Position numbers and translations under genes: made by a program. Shown here one piece after another: positions 19,922 through 29,525 of a stretch of DNA of 64,000 nucleotides (its first letter is position 1; every line of letters starts with the position of its first letter). The stretch is from a candidate division FCPU426 bacterium (lineage in GTDB: Bacteria > Oederibacteriota > JAAXVQ01 > JAUVAV01). The notes below the pieces were generated by a model. That model was not told the DNA's origin, did not search any database, and saw only the letters and a program-made list of their open reading frames with translations. The stretch is from positions 1,148,878-1,212,877 of the forward strand of contig JBFLYH010000001.1 in assembly GCA_040756875.1 (NCBI GenBank), read 5' to 3'.

Positions 19922-20962
19922 TCAGGGTTTTTCAGCCCAAACCGGCCGCAACCGCTGCAAACCCCAGCGCGCCGGCCGGCCGCGCACATCCATGTGCACA
20001 AAAGGCCCGTGAATGGCCGTGGCCGGATACAAACCCAAGCCGCCGGTCAGATCCATTGTTTCGGGTTCGCAGTCCAGGCTGTCTGCCAATTGAAACAGCC
20101 AATAAGCGTCCAAGAGATTAACGCGGCCGTCGCGGTTGACGTCGTCCATCCGGCCGTCGCGATCCGCGTCCACGTACACGTCCGCGGCCCAGCCCCAGAC
20201 ATGGCTGCTGTAGGCCACATTGCCCAGTTTCCGGTTGTATTCCGGCGTGCGGTAGCCGCTGAGCACTGCCAGGGTGGAACAGGCGCGGCCCTGGTCGTTG
20301 ACCGCGGCCAGAAGTTTCTCCATTTTAGCCAGCAACCGCTCGTCCAGCATCAGGTACTTGGGAAACTCCCCGCCCTGTTTGCACACGAACTGGCCCAGTT
20401 TGAAATGAGGGCTGACAGCCAGTTCCAGGTTTTCCGGAGTGGCTTCCACCCAGCCCCGCGGCGTCCCGTATTTGACCAAGCCGCGGCTGGCCGGCTGGGG
20501 ATAGCGGCCGATGCGATAGCCGTTCATTTTTTTGGATTTCAAGCGCGAGAAAGGCACCAGGACAAACGCCTGCAGGGTAAGGCGTTGGCCACCGGCAGGA
20601 ACGGCCAGCTCGGCGGTGTAAACGCCCGGCCGGGAAGGCGGATGCCATTTGAATTCATCCGAAGCGGTCTGCAACACACGGCCGGTCGAGACGCGGATCT
20701 CGCAGGCAGGCTGCTGATCCGAAGCAGGCACCTGCAGGCGCACCAGCTCACCGGGCAGGAGGAATATACTTTCTATATTATATTGAAGCGTTCGGCCCTG
20801 GCACTGGACTTGGATCCCGGCCAGGCCCGGGTCAAACCCCTGCTGGGCGCGGGCCTCAAGGCCGCCCAGGAGCAGCAGGGCCGTCAGGCCGGCCAGCAGG
20901 CCCTTGGTTCGTCCCCACGGGAAGCCGCATGCGTTCCCGCCAAATTTTCTGCAAAGCCGCAT
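19922..20962 (-). CDS. Peptidase M15A (YcbK/MepK-like D,D/L,D-peptidase)
   Basis: SPHFKLGQF, SGYRTPEYN, SSHVWGWAAD, FVHMDVR. Confidence 0.88.
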   Translation of the reverse strand: MRLCRKFGGNACGFPWGRTKGLLAGLTALLLLGGLEARAQQGFDPGLAGIQVQCQGRTLQYNIESIFLLPGELVRLQVPASDQQPACEIRVSTGRVLQTASDEFKWHPPSRPGVYTAELAVPAGGQRLTLQAFVLVPFSRLKSKKMNGYRIGRYPQPASRGLVKYGTPRGWVEATPENLELAVSPHFKLGQFVCKQGGEFPKYLMLDERLLAKMEKLLAAVNDQGRACSTLAVLSGYRTPEYNRKLGNVAYSSHVWGWAADVYVDADRDGRMDDVNRDGRVNLLDAYWLFQLADSLDCEPETMDLTGGLGLYPATAIHGPFVHMDVRGRPARWGLQRLRPVWAEKP

Positions 20963-22610
20963 CCCACCCATAAATATCCCGGCGAAAGTGAATGATCCCT
21001 TGGGCGTCCACCCAGGCGGTCCAGTAAAGAATATGGATGGGAATGGGTCTCGTCAACTTTATTTTTTGCTCCACTTTTCCGGCCAGGGCGGCTTTGACCC
21101 GCCTGGCGTTCCAGAAAGCTTCGTCTCGCAGGCAGTAAACCGCCAGCTCCACGGGTTTTTCGAGCCGGATGCAACCGGAGCTGAAACTGCGCACCTCGGC
21201 CGAGAACAACTGGCGGGAGGGCGTGTCATGCAGGTAAACGTTGAACTCGTTGGGAAACATGAATTTGATCCGGCCCAAAGGATTGTTCGGGCCGGCGCTC
21301 TGGCGGAAACGGTACTTTTCGGTCAGGTCCTGCAGACTGACTTTGCGCCACTCCACGGTCTTGGGGTCCACCTGGCGTTCGTTGCTTCCCCACCCGCGCA
21401 AAACCTCGATCTGATGCCGCTCGAAAAAATCCGCCTCGTAGCGCAGGCCGTACAGCTTGTCCCGCACGAGAATGGCGGGCGGGATCTCCCAGAAGGGGTT
21501 CAGCACGATGAACCTCAGGGCATCGCTGAAAATCGGCGTGCGGTTGATGGTCTGGCCCACCACCACGCGCATGGACAGCATTGGCCGGTGGCGCTCGATG
21601 ACATTCAGGCTGAACGCGGGGATGTTGACCAGGATGTACCGTGGTTGCTCCTGAAGGTTGCGCATCCAGCGCCAGCGCTCCAGATTCAGCTCCAGAGCCG
21701 CCAAATCCTGCGCCGGCGGCCGGTTCAGCCAGGCCAGGGTTTCGGGATCCAATTCGCCGCTCGGCGGCAGGCCGTGCCGCTCCTGGAAACGTTTGATGCC
21801 GTCCGCCACTTGCTGGTTGAATAACGTTTCGTCCTTGGCCGTCACCTGGGGCAGATCGCCCAGCAGGCCCAGCTTGACCCGGAGCATGGGCACGCGCCGG
21901 GGATCGCGGTCCCCCAGGCGCAGGCCCGGCGCAGCCGGCAGGGCCAGGTGCCCCATTCGGCCGGCCAACTCCCGGTACTGCGCCAGCGCGGCTTTCAACT
22001 TGACGTAGTCAGGATGGGTCATCGACAAGCCGGCCAACCCCAGCTCCACCCGGCCGCGCGCCAGGGTTTGCTCCAGATACGCCACGTGCGGAAACGGCTC
22101 CGGATCGCCGGGAAATTTGACTTCCAACCCAGTGGGATCGATCCGGCCGTGCAGCAAATGTTCGGCATACAGGAAGAACGCGTCGGTCAGGAGCAAATCC
22201 AGCGAGGCGGCCGTCAGGACCGCATTTTCATCCGGCGGGGCGGAAGGCGCCTGCTGTTTCAAACGGCGCAGGCAGGATTGAATGTCCTTGAGATGGTATT
22301 CCTCGGGCCGCAGGCCTTCGCGTTCGGCTTGTTGCAGCACCTTCAACAGGTTTTCAGCCATGGGCCCGGGCTGGTCCAAGCGCAGCCACGCCGGTTGGAA
22401 TTTCCGCTGGGAATAGAACTCGCGCGCCAAGCCGGGAGCATAAATCGTCAGCCCCTTGATTTTAACCGGCCCCTGGTCTTCCACCTGATGCAGCCAATAC
22501 CCCAGCACCCCCGGCACTCCGGTGGTTAAAATCGGAGCCGGACTCCGCGGCGCCTGGCAGGCCGTGGCGGCGAGTAAAAAACCTATTGCGATCTTGGCAA
22601 AATGGCGCAT
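20856..22610 (-). CDS. L,D-transpeptidase, YcbB/LdtD family, with PG-binding domain
   Basis: NLERWRW, VNIPAF, GPNNPLGRIKFMFPN, YLHDTP, SSGCIRL, DIYG; lipobox-like ATAC. Confidence 0.92.
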   Translation of the reverse strand: MRHFAKIAIGFLLAATACQAPRSPAPILTTGVPGVLGYWLHQVEDQGPVKIKGLTIYAPGLAREFYSQRKFQPAWLRLDQPGPMAENLLKVLQQAEREGLRPEEYHLKDIQSCLRRLKQQAPSAPPDENAVLTAASLDLLLTDAFFLYAEHLLHGRIDPTGLEVKFPGDPEPFPHVAYLEQTLARGRVELGLAGLSMTHPDYVKLKAALAQYRELAGRMGHLALPAAPGLRLGDRDPRRVPMLRVKLGLLGDLPQVTAKDETLFNQQVADGIKRFQERHGLPPSGELDPETLAWLNRPPAQDLAALELNLERWRWMRNLQEQPRYILVNIPAFSLNVIERHRPMLSMRVVVGQTINRTPIFSDALRFIVLNPFWEIPPAILVRDKLYGLRYEADFFERHQIEVLRGWGSNERQVDPKTVEWRKVSLQDLTEKYRFRQSAGPNNPLGRIKFMFPNEFNVYLHDTPSRQLFSAEVRSFSSGCIRLEKPVELAVYCLRDEAFWNARRVKAALAGKVEQKIKLTRPIPIHILYWTAWVDAQGIIHFRRDIYGWDAALQKIWRERMRLPVGTNQGPAGRPDGPAAPGRP

Positions 22611-22858
22611 AATTTGTCGTGAAGCGACTCCAGCGTCACCAGCATTCACTACCCCTTGGCAGCGACGAAAATTCGGCAATTGGCCAAAATTTCCGGCGTT
22701 TTCAAAATAACCGCCGAAAATCAAGGATATCCGAATATTAGCTGGTTTCCAATTCAATTTTCGTCATTTAGCAATAAGATTTTAAGTCTCATTGAATCAC
22801 CGGCAGATAAAGCGGTTGTTTTTATTAGTTATTATTGGCATTGAAATTTTCCGGCTTT

Positions 22859-22874
22859 TGGCATGGATTCTGCA
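22859..22874 (+). promoter_or_regulatory. Sigma54 (-24/-12) promoter
   Basis: TGGCATGGATTCTGCA is GG-N10-GC, about 50 bp upstream of ATG 22923. A sigma54 activator is encoded in the same cluster. Confidence 0.75.
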
Positions 22875-22922
22875 TTAATAATATTCGAGGCTTAAAATCC
22901 AGAATGAAAGGAGAAATGACCC

Positions 22923-23972
22923 ATGAAAAAAAGCCTTTTAATATTGATGGTGGGAATGGGAATCTCGACCCTGCTGGCAGGCCAGGCCCAGGCTAGCCGC
23001 GCCATCGACGACTTCCGCCTCTCCAATTCGATCCGCGAAACCCTCGCCGAGGCCAATCCCGGCGAGATTTCCGGAGCATCGCCTCAGGAAATCCGGGAAC
23101 AGGAAGTGCAGCAAATCAAGGAGCTCTTGCGGGCCGATGAATTGAACCGCGAAAACACCATGCGGGAAGCTTTGCGGCAGGAGAACCTGAGTGAGCGCGT
23201 CCAGGGGCACGCGGACCTGGAGATGGCCGTGGAAGAGCAAAACGTGGACATGCACCTGGGCAAGACCCTGACCGACGTGCACGGCAACCGCGTGCGCATG
23301 GAAGAATACGTGCTGCGGCCCGAAGCCAACCAGGTCCAGTTCGTGAATTTGACCATGCGCGACGACCGGCTGGATTACATCAACTACAACGCCTATTTCA
23401 ACGACATTTTGCCGCGCGATACGCGCGGTTTATGGCACAAAGAATTCGGCAAAACCGCCCCCAGCATCTACCTGGTCAAAGAAACCTCGAAAGCCTCCAA
23501 TTTGACCGATGCCGTCGAATTTCAGGTTAATTTTTTCGAGCCTTATTGGGAAACCGCCAGCCAACAGTATGTGCTGCCTGAGCGCGACGCTTCCCTGTCG
23601 ATCAATTCGACCCTCAAATGGGGACAGACCCGCACTTCGCCCAGCGTCGATTTTTCCGCGATGCCCGGCGCTGTCGGCGTCACCGAAAATTACAGTGTCC
23701 GCACGGACGGCAATTATCTGGCGCCGCGCTGGCACCTGACCTTCACTGACGGCACTTTCATGGAAATGCAGCAATACCTGATCACCGAGAACGGAAGCGT
23801 CGTCACTCTGCGCAATCTTAACGATCTGGTCAACCTTCTGAAAAACCTCAACGAATTCGTCTTTCGCACCTACCGGGAGCAGATCTGGACCGCCTCGGAG
23901 TTCGAAGGCCGCACCATTGACACGGTTTCCCAGTTCCAGCACCTGGCCAACACCTTTGGCGACCAAGATTGA
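22923..23972 (+). CDS. Secreted hypothetical protein
   Basis: AAGGAGA RBS, signal peptide ending AQA, helical N-part and beta-rich C-part. Confidence 0.85.
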   Translation: MKKSLLILMVGMGISTLLAGQAQASRAIDDFRLSNSIRETLAEANPGEISGASPQEIREQEVQQIKELLRADELNRENTMREALRQENLSERVQGHADLEMAVEEQNVDMHLGKTLTDVHGNRVRMEEYVLRPEANQVQFVNLTMRDDRLDYINYNAYFNDILPRDTRGLWHKEFGKTAPSIYLVKETSKASNLTDAVEFQVNFFEPYWETASQQYVLPERDASLSINSTLKWGQTRTSPSVDFSAMPGAVGVTENYSVRTDGNYLAPRWHLTFTDGTFMEMQQYLITENGSVVTLRNLNDLVNLLKNLNEFVFRTYREQIWTASEFEGRTIDTVSQFQHLANTFGDQD

Positions 23973-23978
23973 TTTCTC

Positions 23979-24019
23979 CGGTCCCGCGGGTCTACCGACC
24001 CGCGGGACCGCTTTTTTTT
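23979..24019 (+). terminator. Rho-independent terminator
   Basis: CGGTCCCGCGGGTC-TACC-GACCCGCGGGACCG perfect stem followed by a T8 tract. Confidence 0.85.
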
Positions 24020-24059
24020 GCCTGGACCTGACGAATATTCATACAAGGAGGATGGCAAG

Positions 24060-25388
24060 ATGAATAAGCACCTTCTCAACTGGACCGGAGTCCTAGCCAT
24101 AATGGTTTGGGTTGGATCGGCGGCTCCGGCTTCGGCAAAAATCATATTCCTGCCCATGCTGGACGCCAGTTTGTCGCTCAATACCGCACGGTACAACGCC
24201 CGCTATTCCGCGCCGCGTCTGGACGCCCAGGGCAATACCCTGCCCACGGACAGTTATTCCAGCGGAAACAACGCCTACGTGTACCTCGCCCCCAACCTGG
24301 GTCTGACCGAACTTCCGGGGCTCTGGCTGACCCCGGTGTTCGAACTGGAATACATGGGCGCGAACAACATCCTGAACCTGGAAGACGAAGCCTTTCTCTA
24401 CAATCAGCGCCTGGATCTCTATTATGTGCTGGGCGCCAATTACGACTTGTCCAAGAACTGGCGCTGCAAGCTCAAAGCCTTCGGACGCACGGAAAAAACC
24501 CGCTCCGCGGCCAACGAAACCCTGGACCAGGGCCTCTACAATTACAATGACGCCGGCGGCTGGGGCGAAATCGGCGCCAGCTACCACCTGGGCGTGCCCA
24601 TGCGGACGATGTTCGGTTACAAAGGGTACACCCGGCGCTATCCATACTATCTTCCGCTCACCGGCCAAAGCAGCCAGCTGGCCGACTCCGAACTCTCGCA
24701 AAGTTTGCAGCAGGCCCTGCCGGCGGACACCCAGATGAAGAGCTATAACGTCGGCGAAGTATGGTTGCGCCAGGAATTCACCTGGACACCGTTCCCCCTG
24801 CTGACCAACCTGGAAGTGCGCTTTAAGGACGTCCCCTACACCCAGATGCCGGTGGTGCAAATCGACGGCACTTTTGGCACTGAAAAACGTCGCGATCAGT
24901 ACGCCGACCTGTCCCTTGAGCTGCCCTGCCTGATCAATGACAATCACCAGATTGAAATCGACTACGCTCACCGCTTGCGCATTTCGAACCAAAACTACTA
25001 CGACAGTTCCCTGGGCCTGCCGCTGGGCGGCTACTATAATTATTTCCAGAACAGCGCCCGGCTGCTTTACACCTTCAAATTCGGCTTCACGATCGCAGGA
25101 TTCCCCCCGCAGGGATCCGCCGGGGTAACCTGGCAGCGCCGGCAATACCTGTCGCGGCCCTCGCGCCAGAGCAGCGACACCAACGACGTCTACAACTTCG
25201 ACAACCCGCACTGGGAGCAGGGGCTGGAGTTCGCGGTCACGCTGAAGCAGCAGTTGTTCGCCAAGTGGTTCAACGTGTTCCTGAGCTATCACGGCGTCAC
25301 GCAGACTTCGAACTCCTCAGTCGAGGACGGCGCGTCGTATAATTACAGCTACAACACCTTCACGCTGGGCACGGCCATTTCCTACTAG
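24060..25388 (+). CDS. Putative outer-membrane beta-barrel protein
   Basis: GGAGG RBS, signal peptide, Tyr-rich amphipathic strands, C-terminal ...TFTLGTAISY. Confidence 0.75.
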   Translation: MNKHLLNWTGVLAIMVWVGSAAPASAKIIFLPMLDASLSLNTARYNARYSAPRLDAQGNTLPTDSYSSGNNAYVYLAPNLGLTELPGLWLTPVFELEYMGANNILNLEDEAFLYNQRLDLYYVLGANYDLSKNWRCKLKAFGRTEKTRSAANETLDQGLYNYNDAGGWGEIGASYHLGVPMRTMFGYKGYTRRYPYYLPLTGQSSQLADSELSQSLQQALPADTQMKSYNVGEVWLRQEFTWTPFPLLTNLEVRFKDVPYTQMPVVQIDGTFGTEKRRDQYADLSLELPCLINDNHQIEIDYAHRLRISNQNYYDSSLGLPLGGYYNYFQNSARLLYTFKFGFTIAGFPPQGSAGVTWQRRQYLSRPSRQSSDTNDVYNFDNPHWEQGLEFAVTLKQQLFAKWFNVFLSYHGVTQTSNSSVEDGASYNYSYNTFTLGTAISY

Positions 25389-25399
25389 GCGGCGCGCGC

Positions 25400-26809
25400 A
25401 TGCCCCGAGCGGTTTCCTGGTCCTTGCGCTGGCAGATCCTGGCGGCCATGCTGGTGGCGCTGGCCGCCACCCTGCTGCTGTACAGCGCGCTCGCCGGCAA
25501 CCTGCTGCTGGCCACCTTGGACCGCGACCTGGCCGCGCGCCTGGAACTCGTGGCCTCGCTGGCTGAAAAGGAACTGCCGCTGGAACGCATGCGCGCCTAT
25601 GCGCCCGGCGACGAAACCCTGGACGTTTACCGCCAGGATGCGTCCCGGTTCGCGGCCTTTGCCGTTGGCCACGGACTGGACCGCCTGACCCTGGTGTCGC
25701 GCCAAGGGCGCGTGCATCTGGACAGCCACTTCGTCCGGCCGGGCGGGGTCCTGCCGGCGGTCTGGCTGCCCGGAGATCTCCCCGGCCGGCAGTTGACGCG
25801 CCTGCACCGCGACCGCGCGGGCGCGTGGCAAAAAAGCCTGTGGCTCCCGACCGGGCAGGACCGCTGGCTGCGCCTGGCCGCGGGCTCGGAAATGCTTGCG
25901 GTGATCGACCGCATGTCCCAGCGACGGCTGTGGATGCTGTCCCTGGGACTGGCCCTGGCCCTGGCGCTTTCCTGGGGCCTCACCGTCCTGCTCGGCCGCC
26001 GCTTGACGCGCCTGACCAGGGCGTTCCGCGCCCTGCAGGAAGGCGAAGCCGGGGTGCGGGTGACTTTGCCCGGAAGGGACGAAGTGGCGTTCCTCGGCCG
26101 CGCGTTCAACGACATGGCCGCCGAACTGGAAACCAAGACCCGCCGCGAGCGGCTGCAGTACGAGCGGCGGGTGAACGAATTGAAAGTGCTTTCCGCGGGC
26201 GTGGCCCACGAAATCCGCAACCCGCTGGCCGCGATCAGCAGCCTGGTGGATTTCCTGGCCCGCAAGGTGGAGGCCGGCTCGACGCCTGAAGCGCTCGACC
26301 TGGTGCAAAAAATCCGCGGTGAAATCAACCGCCTGGACCGGATCGTGTCCGAGATTCTGGCTTACGCCCGCCAGCCCCGGCTGCTGCTCGCGCCCTTGGA
26401 TGCCGCGGCGCTCCAGGCCGAAGTGCGGGCCCTGGACCCGGCCTGCCGCATCAGCGTGGCAGACGAACTGCCGCCGGCTTCAGCGGATCACGCCGGGCTG
26501 CTCGCTGTCCTGCGCAACCTGGTCACCAATGCCCGGGAGGCGGCCGGCCCCGGGGGCGAGGTGGCTCTCTCCCTGGGAGCGGACGCCGAAGGCATCCGCC
26601 TCGAAGTCACGGACAACGGGCCGGGCGTCCCGCCGGACCAGGCCGAGAAGATCTTTCAGCCGTTTTTCTCCGGCAAACCCCAGGGCACCGGGCTGGGGCT
26701 GGCGATTGCCCGCAACATCATGGAAGCGCACGGCGGACGACTGGAACTGGCGCCTTCATCCCGGGGCGCCCGCTTCGTCGCCGTGCTTCCCTTTCTACAG
26801 GAGGTTTGA
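25400..26809 (+). CDS. HAMP-containing sensor histidine kinase
   Basis: Two TMs, DEVAFLGRAFNDM, H-box AHEIRNPL, NLVTNA, DNGPG, GTGLGL. Confidence 0.93.
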   Translation: MPRAVSWSLRWQILAAMLVALAATLLLYSALAGNLLLATLDRDLAARLELVASLAEKELPLERMRAYAPGDETLDVYRQDASRFAAFAVGHGLDRLTLVSRQGRVHLDSHFVRPGGVLPAVWLPGDLPGRQLTRLHRDRAGAWQKSLWLPTGQDRWLRLAAGSEMLAVIDRMSQRRLWMLSLGLALALALSWGLTVLLGRRLTRLTRAFRALQEGEAGVRVTLPGRDEVAFLGRAFNDMAAELETKTRRERLQYERRVNELKVLSAGVAHEIRNPLAAISSLVDFLARKVEAGSTPEALDLVQKIRGEINRLDRIVSEILAYARQPRLLLAPLDAAALQAEVRALDPACRISVADELPPASADHAGLLAVLRNLVTNAREAAGPGGEVALSLGADAEGIRLEVTDNGPGVPPDQAEKIFQPFFSGKPQGTGLGLAIARNIMEAHGGRLELAPSSRGARFVAVLPFLQEV

Positions 26810-26810
26810 A

Positions 26811-28136
26811 ATGGCGCGGATCCTGGTCGTGGAAGACGAGGCCAATATCCGGGAAGTGCTGCTCCGCTCCCTGCAGGAGCGGGGGCATGCGGTCACCGCC
26901 GCAGGGGACGGCACGGCCGCGCTCGAGGCCGTGGGCCGGGAGGAATTCGACCTGGTGCTGACCGACCTCAAGCTCCCCGGGATCTCGGGCTTGGAGCTTC
27001 TGGATCACATCAAGGAACACACCCACGACACCGCCGTCATGCTCATGACCGCCTATGGGTCCGTGGAAAACGCGGTGGAAGCCATGAAGCGGGGCGCCGA
27101 CGATTATCTGGTCAAACCCTTCCGGCTGGAGGAAGTGGAAGTGAAAATCGACCGTCTGCTGCAGGAACGGCGTCTGCTGGAAACCAACCGCTTTCTGCAG
27201 GCCGAAGCCGAGGCCCGCTTCGGCGCCATGGTCGGCTCCTCGCCGGCCATGCAGGAGGTGTTTCGCCTGGTGGACCAGGTGGCTGCCTCCGAAACCACGG
27301 TCCTGATCACCGGCGAAACCGGGACCGGCAAGGAACTGGTGGCCCACACCCTGCACCAGCGCAGCCCGCGCCGGAACGGGCCGTTCATCACCGTGCACTG
27401 CGCGGCCTACAGCCAGAACCTGATCGAAAGCGAGCTTTTCGGCCACGAACGCGGCGCCTTCACCGGCGCCACCAGCCAGCGCAAGGGGCGCCTGGAAATC
27501 TGCCACGGCGGCACGCTGTTCCTTGACGAGCTGGGGGAAATTCCGCTGGATATGCAGGTCAAACTCCTGCGCTTCCTGGAAAACAAAACCTTCGAGCGCG
27601 TGGGCGGGAACGAGCCGATCACCGTGGACGTCCGGGTCATCGGCGCCACGCACCGGGACCTGCCGGGCATGGTGCAGGCCAAGACCTTCCGCGAGGACCT
27701 GTTCTGGCGCATGCACGTCTTCCCCATCCAGCTCCCGCCCCTGCGCGACCGCGGCGACGACATGGTGCTGCTGGCGCGCCACTTTTTGGAGGCCAAGCAG
27801 GGCGGCCGCAGCCTGCGGCTGACGCGGTACGGCGAACGGCTGTTGCGGGAATACCACTGGCCGGGCAATGTGCGCGAACTTGAAAACGTGATCGAACGCG
27901 CCGTGCTGCTTTCGCTGGGCGACAGCCTGCGCGTGGAGGCGGCCCTGGCGCGCGCCGGCGAGGACCTCCGGCTCGGCGAGCGGAACCTCCCGCAGCTCGT
28001 GGAAAACCTCGAGCGCCGGCTGATCCAGGAAGCGCTGGCCCAAAGCAACGGCAACCAGGCCCAGGCCGCCAAACTGCTGGGCGTCCAGCGCAGCACGCTG
28101 CAGTACAAACTCCAAAAATACGGGCTGCTCGCATGA
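26811..28136 (+). CDS. Sigma54-dependent response regulator (NtrC/AtoC family)
   Basis: Receiver domain, [26 protein letters not shown], Fis-type HTH. Confidence 0.95.
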   Translation: MARILVVEDEANIREVLLRSLQERGHAVTAAGDGTAALEAVGREEFDLVLTDLKLPGISGLELLDHIKEHTHDTAVMLMTAYGSVENAVEAMKRGADDYLVKPFRLEEVEVKIDRLLQERRLLETNRFLQAEAEARFGAMVGSSPAMQEVFRLVDQVAASETTVLITGETGTGKELVAHTLHQRSPRRNGPFITVHCAAYSQNLIESELFGHERGAFTGATSQRKGRLEICHGGTLFLDELGEIPLDMQVKLLRFLENKTFERVGGNEPITVDVRVIGATHRDLPGMVQAKTFREDLFWRMHVFPIQLPPLRDRGDDMVLLARHFLEAKQGGRSLRLTRYGERLLREYHWPGNVRELENVIERAVLLSLGDSLRVEAALARAGEDLRLGERNLPQLVENLERRLIQEALAQSNGNQAQAAKLLGVQRSTLQYKLQKYGLLA

Positions 28137-28861
28137 CCCCCGTCCGTTTTCCGCGCTGGCTGGGCTTGGGACTGGCGGCCTGGATCATGGGCGCGGCCCC
28201 GGCCCTGGCCGCGCAATCCCCCGCGCCCGAGGCCGTCTCCAGCGAGGCCCGCAGCATCCAGGAAGCACTGCGGCAATGGTCGGAGGAGCAGGCGCAGATC
28301 AGCCGCTTGCAGGCCGAGCTTCAGCGGCTGGACGTGCTCAGCGATCCGGACCGGGACGAAAAATACTGGTGGAACCCCTTCTGGCGCTGGTCCAAGGAAA
28401 ACCAGAGCCAGCAAGCCACGGACATTACGCTCCGGCTCCAAACCCACGAGGCGCGGTCACGCGACCTCGAACACCGCCTGCTTTCCGAAGGCGAACGATA
28501 CGCCGGCCAGGCCTTGGATGCTCCCCGGCTCCCCTCCCCGGACCAGGAAGTCTGGCGGGCCCTGGATGCCTGGCGCCTGCCCCGGCTGCTGGCTGAACCG
28601 GATTGGGAAACCCTGTCGCCCCCGGACGACTCCCAGGCGCACGAGCTCATCCGTTCGCGGTTGCAGTCCGCGGCCGCGCTCGAGGCGTCCTGGCGCAGCC
28701 TCGACGTTTATCTGGAAGCCTGTCAGCGAAAATGGGATGGATCACGCGAGGAGGAAACGTATCGGAAATGGAGAGAACAACTGCGCGCGTTGCTGGAGCG
28801 CCTGGAGACAGCGCGTGAAAAATTGGAAAAACGCGGGGATTACCGCTTGAAAAATCCCTGA
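28133..28861 (+). CDS. Secreted helical/coiled-coil hypothetical protein
   Basis: ATGA overlap with the regulator stop; signal peptide ending ALA; heptad-like segments. Confidence 0.7.
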   Translation: MTPVRFPRWLGLGLAAWIMGAAPALAAQSPAPEAVSSEARSIQEALRQWSEEQAQISRLQAELQRLDVLSDPDRDEKYWWNPFWRWSKENQSQQATDITLRLQTHEARSRDLEHRLLSEGERYAGQALDAPRLPSPDQEVWRALDAWRLPRLLAEPDWETLSPPDDSQAHELIRSRLQSAAALEASWRSLDVYLEACQRKWDGSREEETYRKWREQLRALLERLETAREKLEKRGDYRLKNP

Positions 28862-28893
28862 TTTTCCGAGGGGTATTCAACGCATTGCGAACG

Positions 28894-28918
28894 AAAAAGC
28901 CCGCACTGCGGGCTTTTT
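28894..28918. terminator. Bidirectional rho-independent terminator
   Basis: AAAAAGCCCGC-ACT-GCGGGCTTTTT between convergent genes. Confidence 0.85.
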
Positions 28919-28928
28919 CATCAGCCTA

Positions 28929-29423
28929 TTAATTCTTAGGCGGTTGCTGGGAAGGTGGTTTTTCGGACATCAAAGGCAGGTCCTTGACTTCGCGGGAACC
29001 GCGGGCGGCTCCGCCCGTCTCCGCCGGGGCGGCGAGGGAAGGCTCCTTGCCCGTGCTCCAGCCGAAAAAAGCGGCGAAAAAGCTCAGGAGCGAAGCGTAC
29101 AGGAACATTTCGGCGATCGCGAGGCCCATCTGCTCGTTTCCGGGCATCTGCCCCCAGTTCAGCAGCCGGTTCTGCACCCTCACCGCGTGAAACGCCCATT
29201 CCGCCAAACCGCCGCCCGTAAGACCGGCCAGGGCGCCTGCCAGCGAGGCTTCGCGGGGGCGTCCGCGGAAAAAAAAGCCGGCAGCCAGGGCCGCGGCGAA
29301 CATGGGAATTGGTGCGTATACCACATCCAGGAAAGTCATCACCCAGGCGGTGGCCGCCTGGACCGATGCAATCCAAAACGTCGCGCTCCAATCCGAACTT
29401 TTAAAATGCACCCGGCTTTTCAT
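28929..29423 (-). CDS. Hypothetical membrane protein
   Basis: About 4 hydrophobic segments; start at MKSRV after an AGGA RBS. Confidence 0.65.
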   Translation of the reverse strand: MKSRVHFKSSDWSATFWIASVQAATAWVMTFLDVVYAPIPMFAAALAAGFFFRGRPREASLAGALAGLTGGGLAEWAFHAVRVQNRLLNWGQMPGNEQMGLAIAEMFLYASLLSFFAAFFGWSTGKEPSLAAPAETGGAARGSREVKDLPLMSEKPPSQQPPKN

Positions 29424-29525
29424 GTCGTTTCCTGCAAAAAAGGGATCCCGCCTAGTCAGCAACAAAAGGCATTTCGGCTATTATACAGTGACAGGCGGAC
29501 GCGGGCAAGCCCTCTTCGCTTGCCT

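Noticed and set aside
22790-22850. IHF site between the enhancer sites and the sigma54 promoter
   Set aside because: The region is AT-rich, but the best matches to WATCAANNNNTTR have two or more mismatches.
26319-26810. N-terminal extension of the sigma54 regulator in the ORF track (605 aa)
   Set aside because: It overlaps the kinase gene. The real start is ATG 26811 after a GGAGG RBS. Similar over-extended starts were trimmed for the TPR, M48, btuD, btuF, LdtD, GT4 and HDOD genes.
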